DNA of 34,125 nt from Actinomycetota bacterium (GCA_003456155.1 DMPC01000001.1:1-34125); one strand, 5' to 3'. Shown: positions 17,440 to 25,855, counted from the stretch's first letter. Numbers and translations: made by a program. The notes: generated from the letters alone by a model not told the origin.

Positions 17440-18294
17440 TCAGTCCTTGACCGCCCCGAGGCTCAGTCCGCGCACGAGCTGGCGCTGCACGAGCAAGGTG
17501 ACGATCGCTATGGGGATGATGGCCAGGGAGGCTGCCGCCGCCATGGCTCCGTATTCGATGGTGCGTGAGGTGACGAAACCAGCGATGTAGACGGGCAGGG
17601 TCTTGCCGGCCTGGTCGGCCAGGATCAGGGGCATGAGGAACTCGTTCCAGCACAGCAGTGCGACGAAGATGGTTGTCGCGGCCAGGCCTGGTGCCACCAG
17701 CGGCAGGATGATGGAGCGCAGGATGCGGAACTGGCTCGCGCCGTCCACGCGAGCGGACTCCTCAAGCTCGACAGGAATGCCGCTGATGAATCCAACCATC
17801 AGCCACACGGCGAAGGGAAGGTTGATCGCCGCATATGTGATCGCCAGGACGATCGGTTGGTCGTACAGCCCCAGCCCGACCACGATCTGGAATAGGGGAA
17901 CCGCGATCACGATGCCGGGCATGGCCCGGACCAGGATCATCATGCCCTCGAAGGGGCGCCGGGTCCGGAACCGAGGGCGCCGGGCGATCGCGTAGGCGGC
18001 GAAGGAGCCTGAGACCACTGCGATGAGGGTGGCGAGCACCGTGACCACGATGGTGATGATCAGGCTCGCCTGGAACTGGCCGTCCGCGAAGACCGTGCGG
18101 TAGTTGTCCAGGGTCAACTCGCCGCCGAAGAGGCGCGGGGGCGTCTCGAAAATGGCCACACGCGTCCGAAGCGACGTGAGCAGCGTCCAGTAGATGGGGA
18201 AGAGGGCAGCGAGCGTGGCAATGCCCAGGATCGCGTAGGCGGCGATTCGGCCCAGGCGAGTTCCGTTGTGCGTCACGGATTCGCCTTCTTCCAC
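17440..18294 (-). CDS. carbohydrate ABC transporter permease (MalG-like)
   Basis: Six TM segments and an EAA-type loop (ELEESARVDGASQFRILRSIILPL). An alternative GTG start at 18276 overlaps the upstream stop as GTGA. Confidence 0.9.
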   Translation of the reverse strand: MEEGESVTHNGTRLGRIAAYAILGIATLAALFPIYWTLLTSLRTRVAIFETPPRLFGGELTLDNYRTVFADGQFQASLIITIVVTVLATLIAVVSGSFAAYAIARRPRFRTRRPFEGMMILVRAMPGIVIAVPLFQIVVGLGLYDQPIVLAITYAAINLPFAVWLMVGFISGIPVELEESARVDGASQFRILRSIILPLVAPGLAATTIFVALLCWNEFLMPLILADQAGKTLPVYIAGFVTSRTIEYGAMAAAASLAIIPIAIVTLLVQRQLVRGLSLGAVKD

Positions 18295-19148
18295 AGCCGG
18301 TAGAGCGGGAACATCAGCAGGGTGATGATGACGCCGAGGGCAGCCGCCCGGGAGGTCTCCAGGAAGGTGAAGCCCAGCCGGTAGTCCAGGAGGCTGAGGT
18401 TCTGCGTGGCTGTACCGGGACCACCGCCGGTCAGAATGTAGATGATGTCGAAGAGCTTGACACTCTCGATGATCCTGATCATCACAACGACGAGGGCCAC
18501 TGGGGCAAGCAGCGGCAGAATCACGTGCCGATACTTCTGGAAGGTGTTGGCCCCGTCGACTTGTGCTGCCTCGAGAGGGCTCACCGGCAATGCCTGCAGG
18601 CCAGCGAGCATGAGCAGCATCACGAACGCGATGTTTTGCCAGGAGTCGACAATGACAACACTGACGACGGCCATGGTTCGGTCACCGAGCCAGTCGATCG
18701 CGGGCAGACCGAACATCTCCAGGGTCCCGTCGATGACGCCGTTGTCGACGTTCATCATCAAGCGCCACATCAGGCCGACCGCGACCGGAGTGAGAAGCAG
18801 CGGCATCAACAGCGACGATCGGAAGAACCGCGTTCCCCTCAGCTCACGATTTACGACGATCGCCAGGAGCAGGCCGAGAGGTAGTTGAATCGCCAGCGAC
18901 AGGATCGAGATGATCAGCGTGACCTTGACTGAATCCCAGAACGCCGACGACGTCAGCAGGTCACGGTAGTTCTCAAGTCCAACGAATTCGCTGGTTGGCG
19001 TAAGGAGGCTGCCATTGCGGAATGAGATCCACAGCCCCAGCAGCAGGGGCAGGATCACGACACCCAGCAGGAGCAACCACCCCGGGCTGAGGTAGGCCGC
19101 TGTGTATCGGCGAACCTGCCCGGGGGGCGGCTCCTGCTGGGAGCTCAT
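18273..19148 (-). CDS. carbohydrate ABC transporter permease (MalF-like)
   Basis: TM-rich, with the EAA loop SPLEAAQVDGANTFQKYRHVILPLL. Confidence 0.9.
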   Translation of the reverse strand: MSSQQEPPPGQVRRYTAAYLSPGWLLLLGVVILPLLLGLWISFRNGSLLTPTSEFVGLENYRDLLTSSAFWDSVKVTLIISILSLAIQLPLGLLLAIVVNRELRGTRFFRSSLLMPLLLTPVAVGLMWRLMMNVDNGVIDGTLEMFGLPAIDWLGDRTMAVVSVVIVDSWQNIAFVMLLMLAGLQALPVSPLEAAQVDGANTFQKYRHVILPLLAPVALVVVMIRIIESVKLFDIIYILTGGGPGTATQNLSLLDYRLGFTFLETSRAAALGVIITLLMFPLYRLWKKANP

Positions 19149-19151
19149 GTT

Positions 19152-20465
19152 CTAGTTGCCTAGGGTGGCGGAGACTTCGGACTGCATGCTGCTCAGCCCA
19201 TCCTGGACGGAGGTCTTGCCGGTCAACATGTCCTGCACGTGGACCCCAATCTGGTTGGAGACTTCGGCCCACTGCACGAGGGCCGGAAGCCTGCGCCCGG
19301 TCTCAGATGCCGGCCCCAACAGGGCAATGTACGGGTACTTGGCGGTCAGATCGGGATCGGTGACCACTGAGGTGCGCCCGATAGCCGCAGCCCCGTTCTC
19401 GATGAACTTCACCGCGTTGTCCTTGCCGAGGAGGCACTCAAGCACCGCCCAGGCGCTGTCCTTGGCCTTGCTGTCGGCCGGGATGCCGATGTTCCATCCC
19501 GTGAGCTGGGTGATGTCTGTGTCGCCCTTGGGAATGGAGGCGGTTGCGATCTTGTCAACGAACTTCGACTGTGCCGGATCCGTGATGACCGGGTAGTAGC
19601 CCGAGTAGTTGATCATCTGGCCGACGTCTTGCGTCGTGAACAGCGTGGTCGCATCGTCGCCGGTTGCGGTCGTGGCCGACTGAGGGCTGACCGCGAGCAG
19701 GCTCTTCATGAACTCAGTTGCCTTCTGCGCCTCTGGGGTATCAAGGGTCACGTTGCCCGAGGCGTCCTGGAGGTCGCCACCGAAGCTCCACAGGAGCTGC
19801 AGCCACCACCACGAGTTGACGGAGCTGGCATTGGCGATGACCTGACCGTCGGCCAGCCCGCTCTCCTGGATTGTCTGGGCGTTGGCGAGGTACTCATCCC
19901 ACGTTGTGGGCACCTTCAGCCCGAGCTGGTCGTAGATGTCTGTGCGGTACCAGAGCAGGAACGGCTCGGTCGAGAGGTTCAGGCCGTAGGTGACCCCGTC
20001 GTACTTGCTGTAGTCCTGAAGCGGCTGCACGAAGTCCCCGATGTCGTAGGCCGTGGACTTGCCCAGGTAGGAGTCGAGCTCGGCAAGGGCGTTCTGGCTG
20101 GCGAACGGCGCGAGGTACGGGTTGTCGTACTGCACGATGTCGTAGGCACCCTGCTTCGCCTGGAAGGACAGCAGCATCTTCTGGTGGGCATCGCTATAGG
20201 GGGCGTCGACGATCGTCACCTTCACGCCAGTCTTGGCCTCACAGTCCGGAAGGCTCTTCTTAATGGCCTCCTCGGTCGGGCTCGGAATGAGGAAGGCCGT
20301 AATCTCCGATGCGGTTCCGCCACCCGATGCCGCGTCCCCCGATGGGGCCGACGAGGAGGACGAGCAGGCACCGAGGAGCAGGCTCATGGCGGACGCGCCA
20401 GCGATGGCGGCCACCGCAGTCCGGCGATGACGCCGGCGCTTAGCGGGATTGGACTGTGACTGCAC
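19152..20465 (-). CDS. extracellular sugar-binding lipoprotein of ABC transporter
   Basis: GTG at 20465 is preceded by GAAGGAG. The signal with lipobox reads RRRHRRTAVAAIAGASAMSLLLGAC-SSSS. The ORF extension to 20684 overlaps the SIS gene and is Pro/Ser-rich, so it was rejected. Confidence 0.9.
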   Translation of the reverse strand: MQSQSNPAKRRRHRRTAVAAIAGASAMSLLLGACSSSSSAPSGDAASGGGTASEITAFLIPSPTEEAIKKSLPDCEAKTGVKVTIVDAPYSDAHQKMLLSFQAKQGAYDIVQYDNPYLAPFASQNALAELDSYLGKSTAYDIGDFVQPLQDYSKYDGVTYGLNLSTEPFLLWYRTDIYDQLGLKVPTTWDEYLANAQTIQESGLADGQVIANASSVNSWWWLQLLWSFGGDLQDASGNVTLDTPEAQKATEFMKSLLAVSPQSATTATGDDATTLFTTQDVGQMINYSGYYPVITDPAQSKFVDKIATASIPKGDTDITQLTGWNIGIPADSKAKDSAWAVLECLLGKDNAVKFIENGAAAIGRTSVVTDPDLTAKYPYIALLGPASETGRRLPALVQWAEVSNQIGVHVQDMLTGKTSVQDGLSSMQSEVSATLGN

Positions 20466-20514
20466 GGGGACTCCTTCGGTCACTTCGTGTTGCGCGGTTG
20501 TTGGGTGGTGAGGG

Positions 20515-21576
20515 TCAGAGGATGTCCGTGACCTTGGAGGCCACGGAGAAGGTTCCAGCAGGGATGCCCTTGCGCTGAGCGAGGGCGAAACTGATGGTCT
20601 GGAAGGCCAGGGCATCACGGATGGTGAGGTCAATGCCGTCGGCATCGGGAGCAGGCAGCCGGGTGGCCCCCGCCGGCGCATCATCGGAGACCCACGCCAC
20701 CGACGAACCGGCGGCAGCGAGGTCTTCGGCCAATCGGACGTTTTGGTCGTGATGGGAGCCGCTGCCGTGGTCGAAGAAGGTGACGTTCAACCCAGGGCCT
20801 GCCAGTTCGATCGGTCCGTGTCGCAATGCGCCCGCGGACATGCCTTCCACCAGCACCTTGGCGGCCTCCTTGATGATCAGGCCCGCGGCGGACGCTGAAG
20901 CTGCCGCCGTGCCGCGGCCGGTGAGCAGGATGTGCTGGTCGCTGGCGAATGTCGTCGAAGCCGTGCGCACATGCGCGTCGAGTTCGTTCAGGAACTGCGC
21001 AGCCCTGTCGACAGTACGTCGCAGGCAGCCAACCACGTCCTGGGTCTGGCCCATGTACTCGCCGACGACGAGCGCACTCGCTGCCACCGTGTTCAGGAAA
21101 CTCTTGCTGCTCACCGACACCTCGTCGCCGGCGAGCAGATCGATACGCGAGTCAGCGCGACGGCCAAGGGTGCTGTCTGGGGCGTTGGTCACGCCGAGAA
21201 CATGCACATCGCTCAGGTTGAGGGTGTCGAGCAATGCCACGGTCTCGGCGCTCTCGCCGGACTGCGAGGTCAACCACACCAGCGAGCCCGGCACGATGAG
21301 GCCTCCGGCCACGTCGAGGAGTTGCGCCGTGTCCACCCACCAGACCGGGAGACCGGCTGCGGCGAGCATCTGCCACGCAGAGAATGTTGCCCAATGACTG
21401 CTGCCCATGCCGCTGAGGATCACCCGCGGACGATCGGCAAGATCGATACCCCTGACGGATTCAGCAAGGCCCGGCGCCGAATCCAGGAAGCGGCTCAGGG
21501 CAGTTGGCTGCTCGAGGACGTTGCCGAGATAGCCCTCCGCGGGCGAGGTCCAGTCAACAACGACTGACTGCTGCAT
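20515..21576 (-). CDS. SIS-domain sugar-phosphate isomerase/deglycase-like protein (GlmS C-terminal / AgaS / FrlB-like)
   Basis: Two SIS repeats are present: VILSGMGSSHWATFSA..LTSQSGESAE, and a second LLTGRGTAAASA block. It is the first gene of the operon. Confidence 0.8.
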   Translation of the reverse strand: MQQSVVVDWTSPAEGYLGNVLEQPTALSRFLDSAPGLAESVRGIDLADRPRVILSGMGSSHWATFSAWQMLAAAGLPVWWVDTAQLLDVAGGLIVPGSLVWLTSQSGESAETVALLDTLNLSDVHVLGVTNAPDSTLGRRADSRIDLLAGDEVSVSSKSFLNTVAASALVVGEYMGQTQDVVGCLRRTVDRAAQFLNELDAHVRTASTTFASDQHILLTGRGTAAASASAAGLIIKEAAKVLVEGMSAGALRHGPIELAGPGLNVTFFDHGSGSHHDQNVRLAEDLAAAGSSVAWVSDDAPAGATRLPAPDADGIDLTIRDALAFQTISFALAQRKGIPAGTFSVASKVTDIL

Positions 21577-21597
21577 GGCCAGAAACTAACAGAAATG

Positions 21598-21624
21598 ATG
21601 TTCGAATAAACAGTATTCGAACAT
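21598..21624. promoter_or_regulatory. perfect 11-bp inverted repeat with 5-bp spacer (atgttcgaata-aacag-tattcgaacat): candidate operator
   Basis: Read directly. It is AT-rich within a GC-rich genome and lies 22-48 nt upstream of the SIS gene ATG (21576), in the only sizeable intergenic gap before the operon. Confidence 0.5.
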
Positions 21625-21664
21625 AACATTTGTGTAACTGCTCAGAAGGTGTGTCAGGCGGCCG

Positions 21665-22264
21665 TCACTTGAGGCCAGCGGCCACTGGCCGGCCGGCCTG
21701 GGCCACCATGAGCACACCACCATCGGACCCCGGCGCCGTGGTCACGGACACCGGAAAACCCGGGCCGCTCGGCGAGCATGAGTAGGGGCCGACGGCCACG
21801 GGCCCGTCGAACACCAACTCCCGTACGAGGTGCGTCATCCCCTCGTCGACGAGGCCAACCCGGAGCGTGTCGCCGTCACGCCAGAGCGTGAACTCCGCGT
21901 CCCCACTCGAGATGGCCTGCTTGGACCAGTCCGAGTGCTCGCGGGTCTCCACGACGCTGAACCACGGTCCGCCGTCCAACTCGACCCCCGCCTTCAACCA
22001 GTTTCGCTCATCAACACGAACCATGAGCCCGCACTGGTCGTACGGCGATGCGAAGTCACACGACAGCCGCATAGTCACGCTGAAGTCACCTGCGCACGCG
22101 AGCAGGAACGCGTCACCGTCATCAGCTCCCATCACGCCGCCAGTGTGGCGCCAGAAGTCGCTCACCGGCCTGGTGTCCCACTCGAGCCGCCCCGTGGCAT
22201 CGACCTCCCACCGCACAGGCTCGTTGACCCAGGTGAAGCCTTCCCAACCTCCGGCAACAGTCAT
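21665..22264 (-). CDS. DUF1349 (concanavalin A-like lectin/glucanase fold) protein
   Basis: The family pattern is present: FTWVNEP..W, TDFW-type SDFWRHT, GDFSVT, YDQCGLMVRVDERNWLK, VVETREHSDWS. ATG at 22264 is preceded by GAGGAG. Confidence 0.75.
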   Translation of the reverse strand: MTVAGGWEGFTWVNEPVRWEVDATGRLEWDTRPVSDFWRHTGGVMGADDGDAFLLACAGDFSVTMRLSCDFASPYDQCGLMVRVDERNWLKAGVELDGGPWFSVVETREHSDWSKQAISSGDAEFTLWRDGDTLRVGLVDEGMTHLVRELVFDGPVAVGPYSCSPSGPGFPVSVTTAPGSDGGVLMVAQAGRPVAAGLK

Positions 22265-22409
22265 CGAATCTCCTCGATCTCGTGGTGTGTGCATCGCCTA
22301 CCCACTGTGATCGCACGCGTCGCGGTGCATGATGTCCGGCAGATCATCACAGACACCGCTGCAGCGCGAATGAGCACCCCTGAACTCGGACGAGATCGAC
22401 GAACGATTC

Positions 22410-23078
22410 GTGGTGGCTCAGCACGTGATGCGTGAGGCAGCCGCCGTCGCTCTCGGCCACCATCGGAACCTCACTGAGCTCACCATCGAGCAGAAGGGCC
22501 CGCAGGACCTTGTCAGTGAGGCCGACAGGGCGGTCGAAGCCATCATCAGGATGCTGTTCTCGCGGCCTTCCCCGAGGACGGATTCGTGGGCGAGGAGACC
22601 GGAAACCGTTTGTCTGACAAGGGAATCTGGGTCGTCGACCCCATCGACGGAACACAGGACCTCCTGCAAGGGCTCCCCACGTGGTGCATGTCTGTTGCCT
22701 ACGCCGTCGACGGTCGGTTGGCCTTCGGACTGATCACCAACCCAGCGACGGGCGACGTCTACGCCCGCCCGCACGGGCGCGGGTGCTACCTGGAACGAGC
22801 AGCCGATCCACGCGGCATCAGCGATGAGCCTGGCCGACGGGGTCATCCGATCCGTCGGATCCGGTGCCCTGATGATCGTCTGGGTGGCCACTGGGCAGTG
22901 CATCGGATACGTCGAGATGATCATCAATGCCTAGGGCTGCCTGGCGGCCATCCGCATCGTCAACGAGGCGGGTGGCCGCACCAACGACTTCCTCGCCGAG
23001 AACGGACGCGCCGGTAGCGGTCCCATCGTCGCGGGAGCACCCGCGGTGTTCGCGCAACTGACCGAACTCCTGGCCTGA
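22410..23078 (+). pseudogene. inositol monophosphatase family gene, inactivated (two frameshifts + in-frame TAG)
   Basis: IMPase blocks are spread over three frames. KGPQDLVSEADRAVEAII is in frame 0. AAFPEDGFVGEETG..WVVDPIDGT..PTWCMSVA is in a second frame, entered near 22545-22555. GATWNEQPI..GSGALMIVWVATGQCIGYVEMIINA-TAG-GCLAAIRIVNEAGG is in a third frame, entered near 22780-22785. The TAG is at 22932-22934, where the family has W-D. Confidence 0.75.
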
Positions 23079-23079
23079 C

Positions 23080-24474
23080 CTATCGGGTGAGCGCGTCCAG
23101 GAACTCACCTGAAGTGGCGATGTACGCGTCAACGTCCGCCTCGTCAATGGCGTAGGAGACCGAGGGACCAGCTGTGGCGATGGCATCCCAGACGCCGCGG
23201 TTGAGCAGGAAGACTTTGCGGGCGTCGGCCAGAGGCAGAACGAGTGAGGCGAAGCTCTCGGCCCCGTTGCGCGGCGCTTGGGGGGTGAGGCGGAACTGGA
23301 TACGGCCGCCGAGCCGGTCGATGGTCCAGGGGAGGCCGACACGGTCTACCTGCCGCTGTAGGCCGGTCTGAAGCTGCTGGCCCAAGGTTTCCACCCGGCT
23401 GCCTGCCGCAGGTGTGAAGATCTCGGCGAGACCGACGCGTGCGGCCGCCATGGACAGTGCGTTGGCGTAGAGCGTGCCGCCCACGGCGAGGCCGTGCGAG
23501 TCGCCGGTCTCGAAGAGACCGGGGTCGTGGTCGCGGTTGGCGCCGACGACGTCGGCGATCTGGTCGGTCATGCCGATGACGCCGATGGGGACCCCGCCGC
23601 CGATGCCCTTGCCTCCGGTGAGCATGTCCGGCTCAAGGCCGAAGGCGATCGTGCCTCCGCCGTGGACGGCGAACTGGACGTGGGTCTCGTCGACGATCAG
23701 GACGGCGCCGGCAGCGCGCACATCCGTATTGAGCGAGGTGACGAACTCCGGGCTAGGGAGCACCAGCCCGCAGTTGGTGAGGGCTGACTCGACGAGGACC
23801 GCCGCCACATCGCCTCGAGCGAGGCGGGCCCTCAGCGCCTCGGGGTCGTTGTAGGGGAGGACGTCGGTGGTCTGCGCGGTGGAGGGGTCGAGGCCGGTGA
23901 GATCGCCTTCCATGCCGCCGTCGTCGCTGCGCGACCACAGCGTCTGGTCCAAGTGCCCGTGGTACTTGCCGTCGAACACCAGCACCGTGGACCGCCCGGT
24001 CGCGACCCGCGCGATGCGGATCGCGTCGGTGTTGGCCCCGGTAGCCGAGAGCGTGAACTGCCACTTCGGAAGGCCGAAGCGCTCAGTGAGCAGCCGGCAC
24101 ACCTCGACCGCGTCGGTGGTCGGGAGCAGGAAGTGGTTCCCGAGGAGTGCCTGGTCGTGGATCGCGCGCACGATGGGCTCAGGAGCGAAACCCGCCGGCA
24201 TCGCCAGGTCGCAGGCGTTGAAGTCGACGTACACGTTGCCGTCGAGGTCCTCGAACTTCGACCCCGAGCCGCGTACGGCGACGACGGGGGCGTGGCGGTA
24301 GAGCGAGCGCATCCAGGCCATCGGCACTCCGCCCGGCATCCTCCGCTCGGCATCGACGAGCCACTGCGCCGAGCGTGGGGTGCGCTCGCGGAACAGGGCG
24401 AGCTCGCGGCCCAGGATCTCGCGGGCGCGCTGGATCACCGTCTCGTCGACGTGCGGATACTGCGGGGCACTCAT
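23080..24474 (-). CDS. class-III (PLP) aminotransferase, glutamate-1-semialdehyde aminomutase-like
   Basis: 464 aa with blocks DLDGNVYVDF, SATGANTDAIRIAR, VLVFDGKYHG, LIVDETH and a Lys-containing LTGGKGIGGG. Confidence 0.85.
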   Translation of the reverse strand: MSAPQYPHVDETVIQRAREILGRELALFRERTPRSAQWLVDAERRMPGGVPMAWMRSLYRHAPVVAVRGSGSKFEDLDGNVYVDFNACDLAMPAGFAPEPIVRAIHDQALLGNHFLLPTTDAVEVCRLLTERFGLPKWQFTLSATGANTDAIRIARVATGRSTVLVFDGKYHGHLDQTLWSRSDDGGMEGDLTGLDPSTAQTTDVLPYNDPEALRARLARGDVAAVLVESALTNCGLVLPSPEFVTSLNTDVRAAGAVLIVDETHVQFAVHGGGTIAFGLEPDMLTGGKGIGGGVPIGVIGMTDQIADVVGANRDHDPGLFETGDSHGLAVGGTLYANALSMAAARVGLAEIFTPAAGSRVETLGQQLQTGLQRQVDRVGLPWTIDRLGGRIQFRLTPQAPRNGAESFASLVLPLADARKVFLLNRGVWDAIATAGPSVSYAIDEADVDAYIATSGEFLDALTR

Positions 24475-24701
24475 GGTGGTCCTCGAATCTGCGTGCAGGA
24501 AACTGCCTGACCCAGCCGGCCGTGCCGCGACACACTACCCGGCTTGGTGGGGGTGCGCGGGATCGTGGTGGCTCAGTTGTCGGTGATGGAGAGGGTGGGG
24601 ATGCCGTCCGAAGCGAGAAGGCGATCGAGCTCACCGATGAAGAGACGAACAAGACTCCGATCAGGGGATAAACTCCTCATCATGGCTATCTACTCGACGC
24701 T

Positions 24702-24865
24702 CACCAAGCTCAGGTCAGGCGCAACTAGAGCGGCAGCCACCTGCTGCGCAGCGGCACTGGCCGTGCTCGCCCTGCCGCTGGCACACCAAGCTCAGGTCAG
24801 GCGCAACTAGAGCGGCAACCACCTGCTGCGCAGCGGCACTGGCCGTGCTCGCCCTGCCGCTGGCA
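24702..24865. repeat. 82-bp tandem duplication, two copies, one mismatch
   Basis: Copy 1 is 24702-24783 and copy 2 is 24784-24865: caccaagctcaggtcaggcgcaactagagcggca[g/a]ccacctgctgcgcagcggcactggccgtgctcgccctgccgctggca. Read directly. Confidence 0.95.
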
Positions 24866-25834
24866 TCTGCTTCAGCGGCAAGCATGGAGCCAGGCGCAGC
24901 TGGCAAGACCACGTACATTCAGCCGGGCTCCCTGGACGTAGATGCTTCATTGAAGTCGTACAACGGCGCCGCCCAGATGATGGACGGCGCTGCAGTGGTG
25001 TACAAGCCGACGTACACCGCCGGCCTGAAGCGAGACCCAGGGGCAACCGTCACAGTCGTCAGCAACGATTTGGTGGTGACCGATGGCACCGTTGCAAGTG
25101 GCGAGACGTACGTTGGTGCCACATACGGCTCGAAATCACGGAAGCTGACGGTCCACGAGAAAATTGGTGGCACCACGTGGGGCACGGGCGAACAGGATCT
25201 CTTCTTCTGCGCAGGCATCGAGATGTGCAACCGCGACTGGTGGCGGGACTTCCCTAGGCTATGGCCCGAGTGGGGCACGGTGGGCACTGTCCAGCTGGAC
25301 GTGGGTGAACCTGGCGAGCAGACCACCGTCACCGCTCGGGTGTTCGCGAAGTGCCGTGAGAAGTCATCCGAGTCACGGCCAAGCGACACAACTTCTCCTC
25401 AATGTGACGAGTCAGATGTGTCAGATGGAGGACTGCTCAGCTTCACGATGAAGGATCTCGAAGGTGATAGCGGCAAGAGGGCCGTGCGGGACAAGTCAGC
25501 AGCAACAACAGACATCGTGTTGGAGACAGAGGGGCTTGACTGGAACGCCTTGATCCGCATCGCGCAGGGCATGGTGCCTGTGCTCCCCGCGCCCTGGATC
25601 CCCTCGCCCATGGATCCTTGGACACATGTCCCGGTGACGATGCTGAGCACGTGTGCACAGGCCATCGCTGCAGGCACGCTAGATAACGCGCGGGCAGTGG
25701 CCTCATCTAACGGCTTCACCGTGAGAGTGTCGATGATCGATTTTCAGCCACAGGTCGGCTCGACGGACGTGAGGCAGGACCGGATCAATGTGGACATCGT
25801 CAACGACCGGATCGTGAACTGTACCTACGGGTGA
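24845..25834 (+). CDS. Cys-rich secreted-type protein with C-terminal peptidase-inhibitor-I78-like domain; N-terminal signal disrupted by the 82-bp duplication
   Basis: The annotated ORF starts at a GTG inside copy 2 of the duplication. With one copy removed, the ATG at 24682 gives MAIYSTLTKLRSGATRAAATCCAAALAVLALPLA-SASAAS, a classic signal peptide in frame with the body. Six Cys are present. The C-terminus C..AG.....VRV......TDVRQDRINVDIVNDRIVNCTYG resembles the I78 family pattern. Confidence 0.6.
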   Translation: MLALPLASASAASMEPGAAGKTTYIQPGSLDVDASLKSYNGAAQMMDGAAVVYKPTYTAGLKRDPGATVTVVSNDLVVTDGTVASGETYVGATYGSKSRKLTVHEKIGGTTWGTGEQDLFFCAGIEMCNRDWWRDFPRLWPEWGTVGTVQLDVGEPGEQTTVTARVFAKCREKSSESRPSDTTSPQCDESDVSDGGLLSFTMKDLEGDSGKRAVRDKSAATTDIVLETEGLDWNALIRIAQGMVPVLPAPWIPSPMDPWTHVPVTMLSTCAQAIAAGTLDNARAVASSNGFTVRVSMIDFQPQVGSTDVRQDRINVDIVNDRIVNCTYG

Positions 25835-25855
25835 CGAGAGCTCATCGCCCGTAGG
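25824..25855. terminator. hairpin between convergent genes (cctacggg ... cccgtagg)
   Basis: 8-bp perfect stem (25824-25831 / 25848-25855) that can extend by 2 bp past one mismatch. It spans the stop codon of the plus-strand gene and sits 27 nt from the YcaO stop. No U-tract, as is common in high-GC actinobacteria. Confidence 0.4.

Noticed and set aside
20466-20684. N-terminal extensions of several ORFs: binding protein to 20684, MIP to 6897, phosphoesterase to 8522, DUF1349 to 22294, ROK to 15610.
   Set aside because: The extensions overlap upstream genes or are compositionally aberrant. In each case an internal start has a good Shine-Dalgarno sequence or a stop/start overlap and begins the recognisable domain or signal peptide.
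23080-24474. The class-III aminotransferase as part of the RiPP-like cluster.
   Set aside because: It is separated from the operon by an oppositely oriented gene and a terminator-like hairpin. No coupling is evident, and the association cannot be supported from this window.
24544-24810. 88-aa ORF as an independent small gene or precursor peptide next to the RiPP-like operon.
   Set aside because: Its 3' part is the signal-peptide coding region of the downstream secreted-protein gene, thrown out of frame by the 82-bp duplication. The 5' part is merely open upstream sequence.
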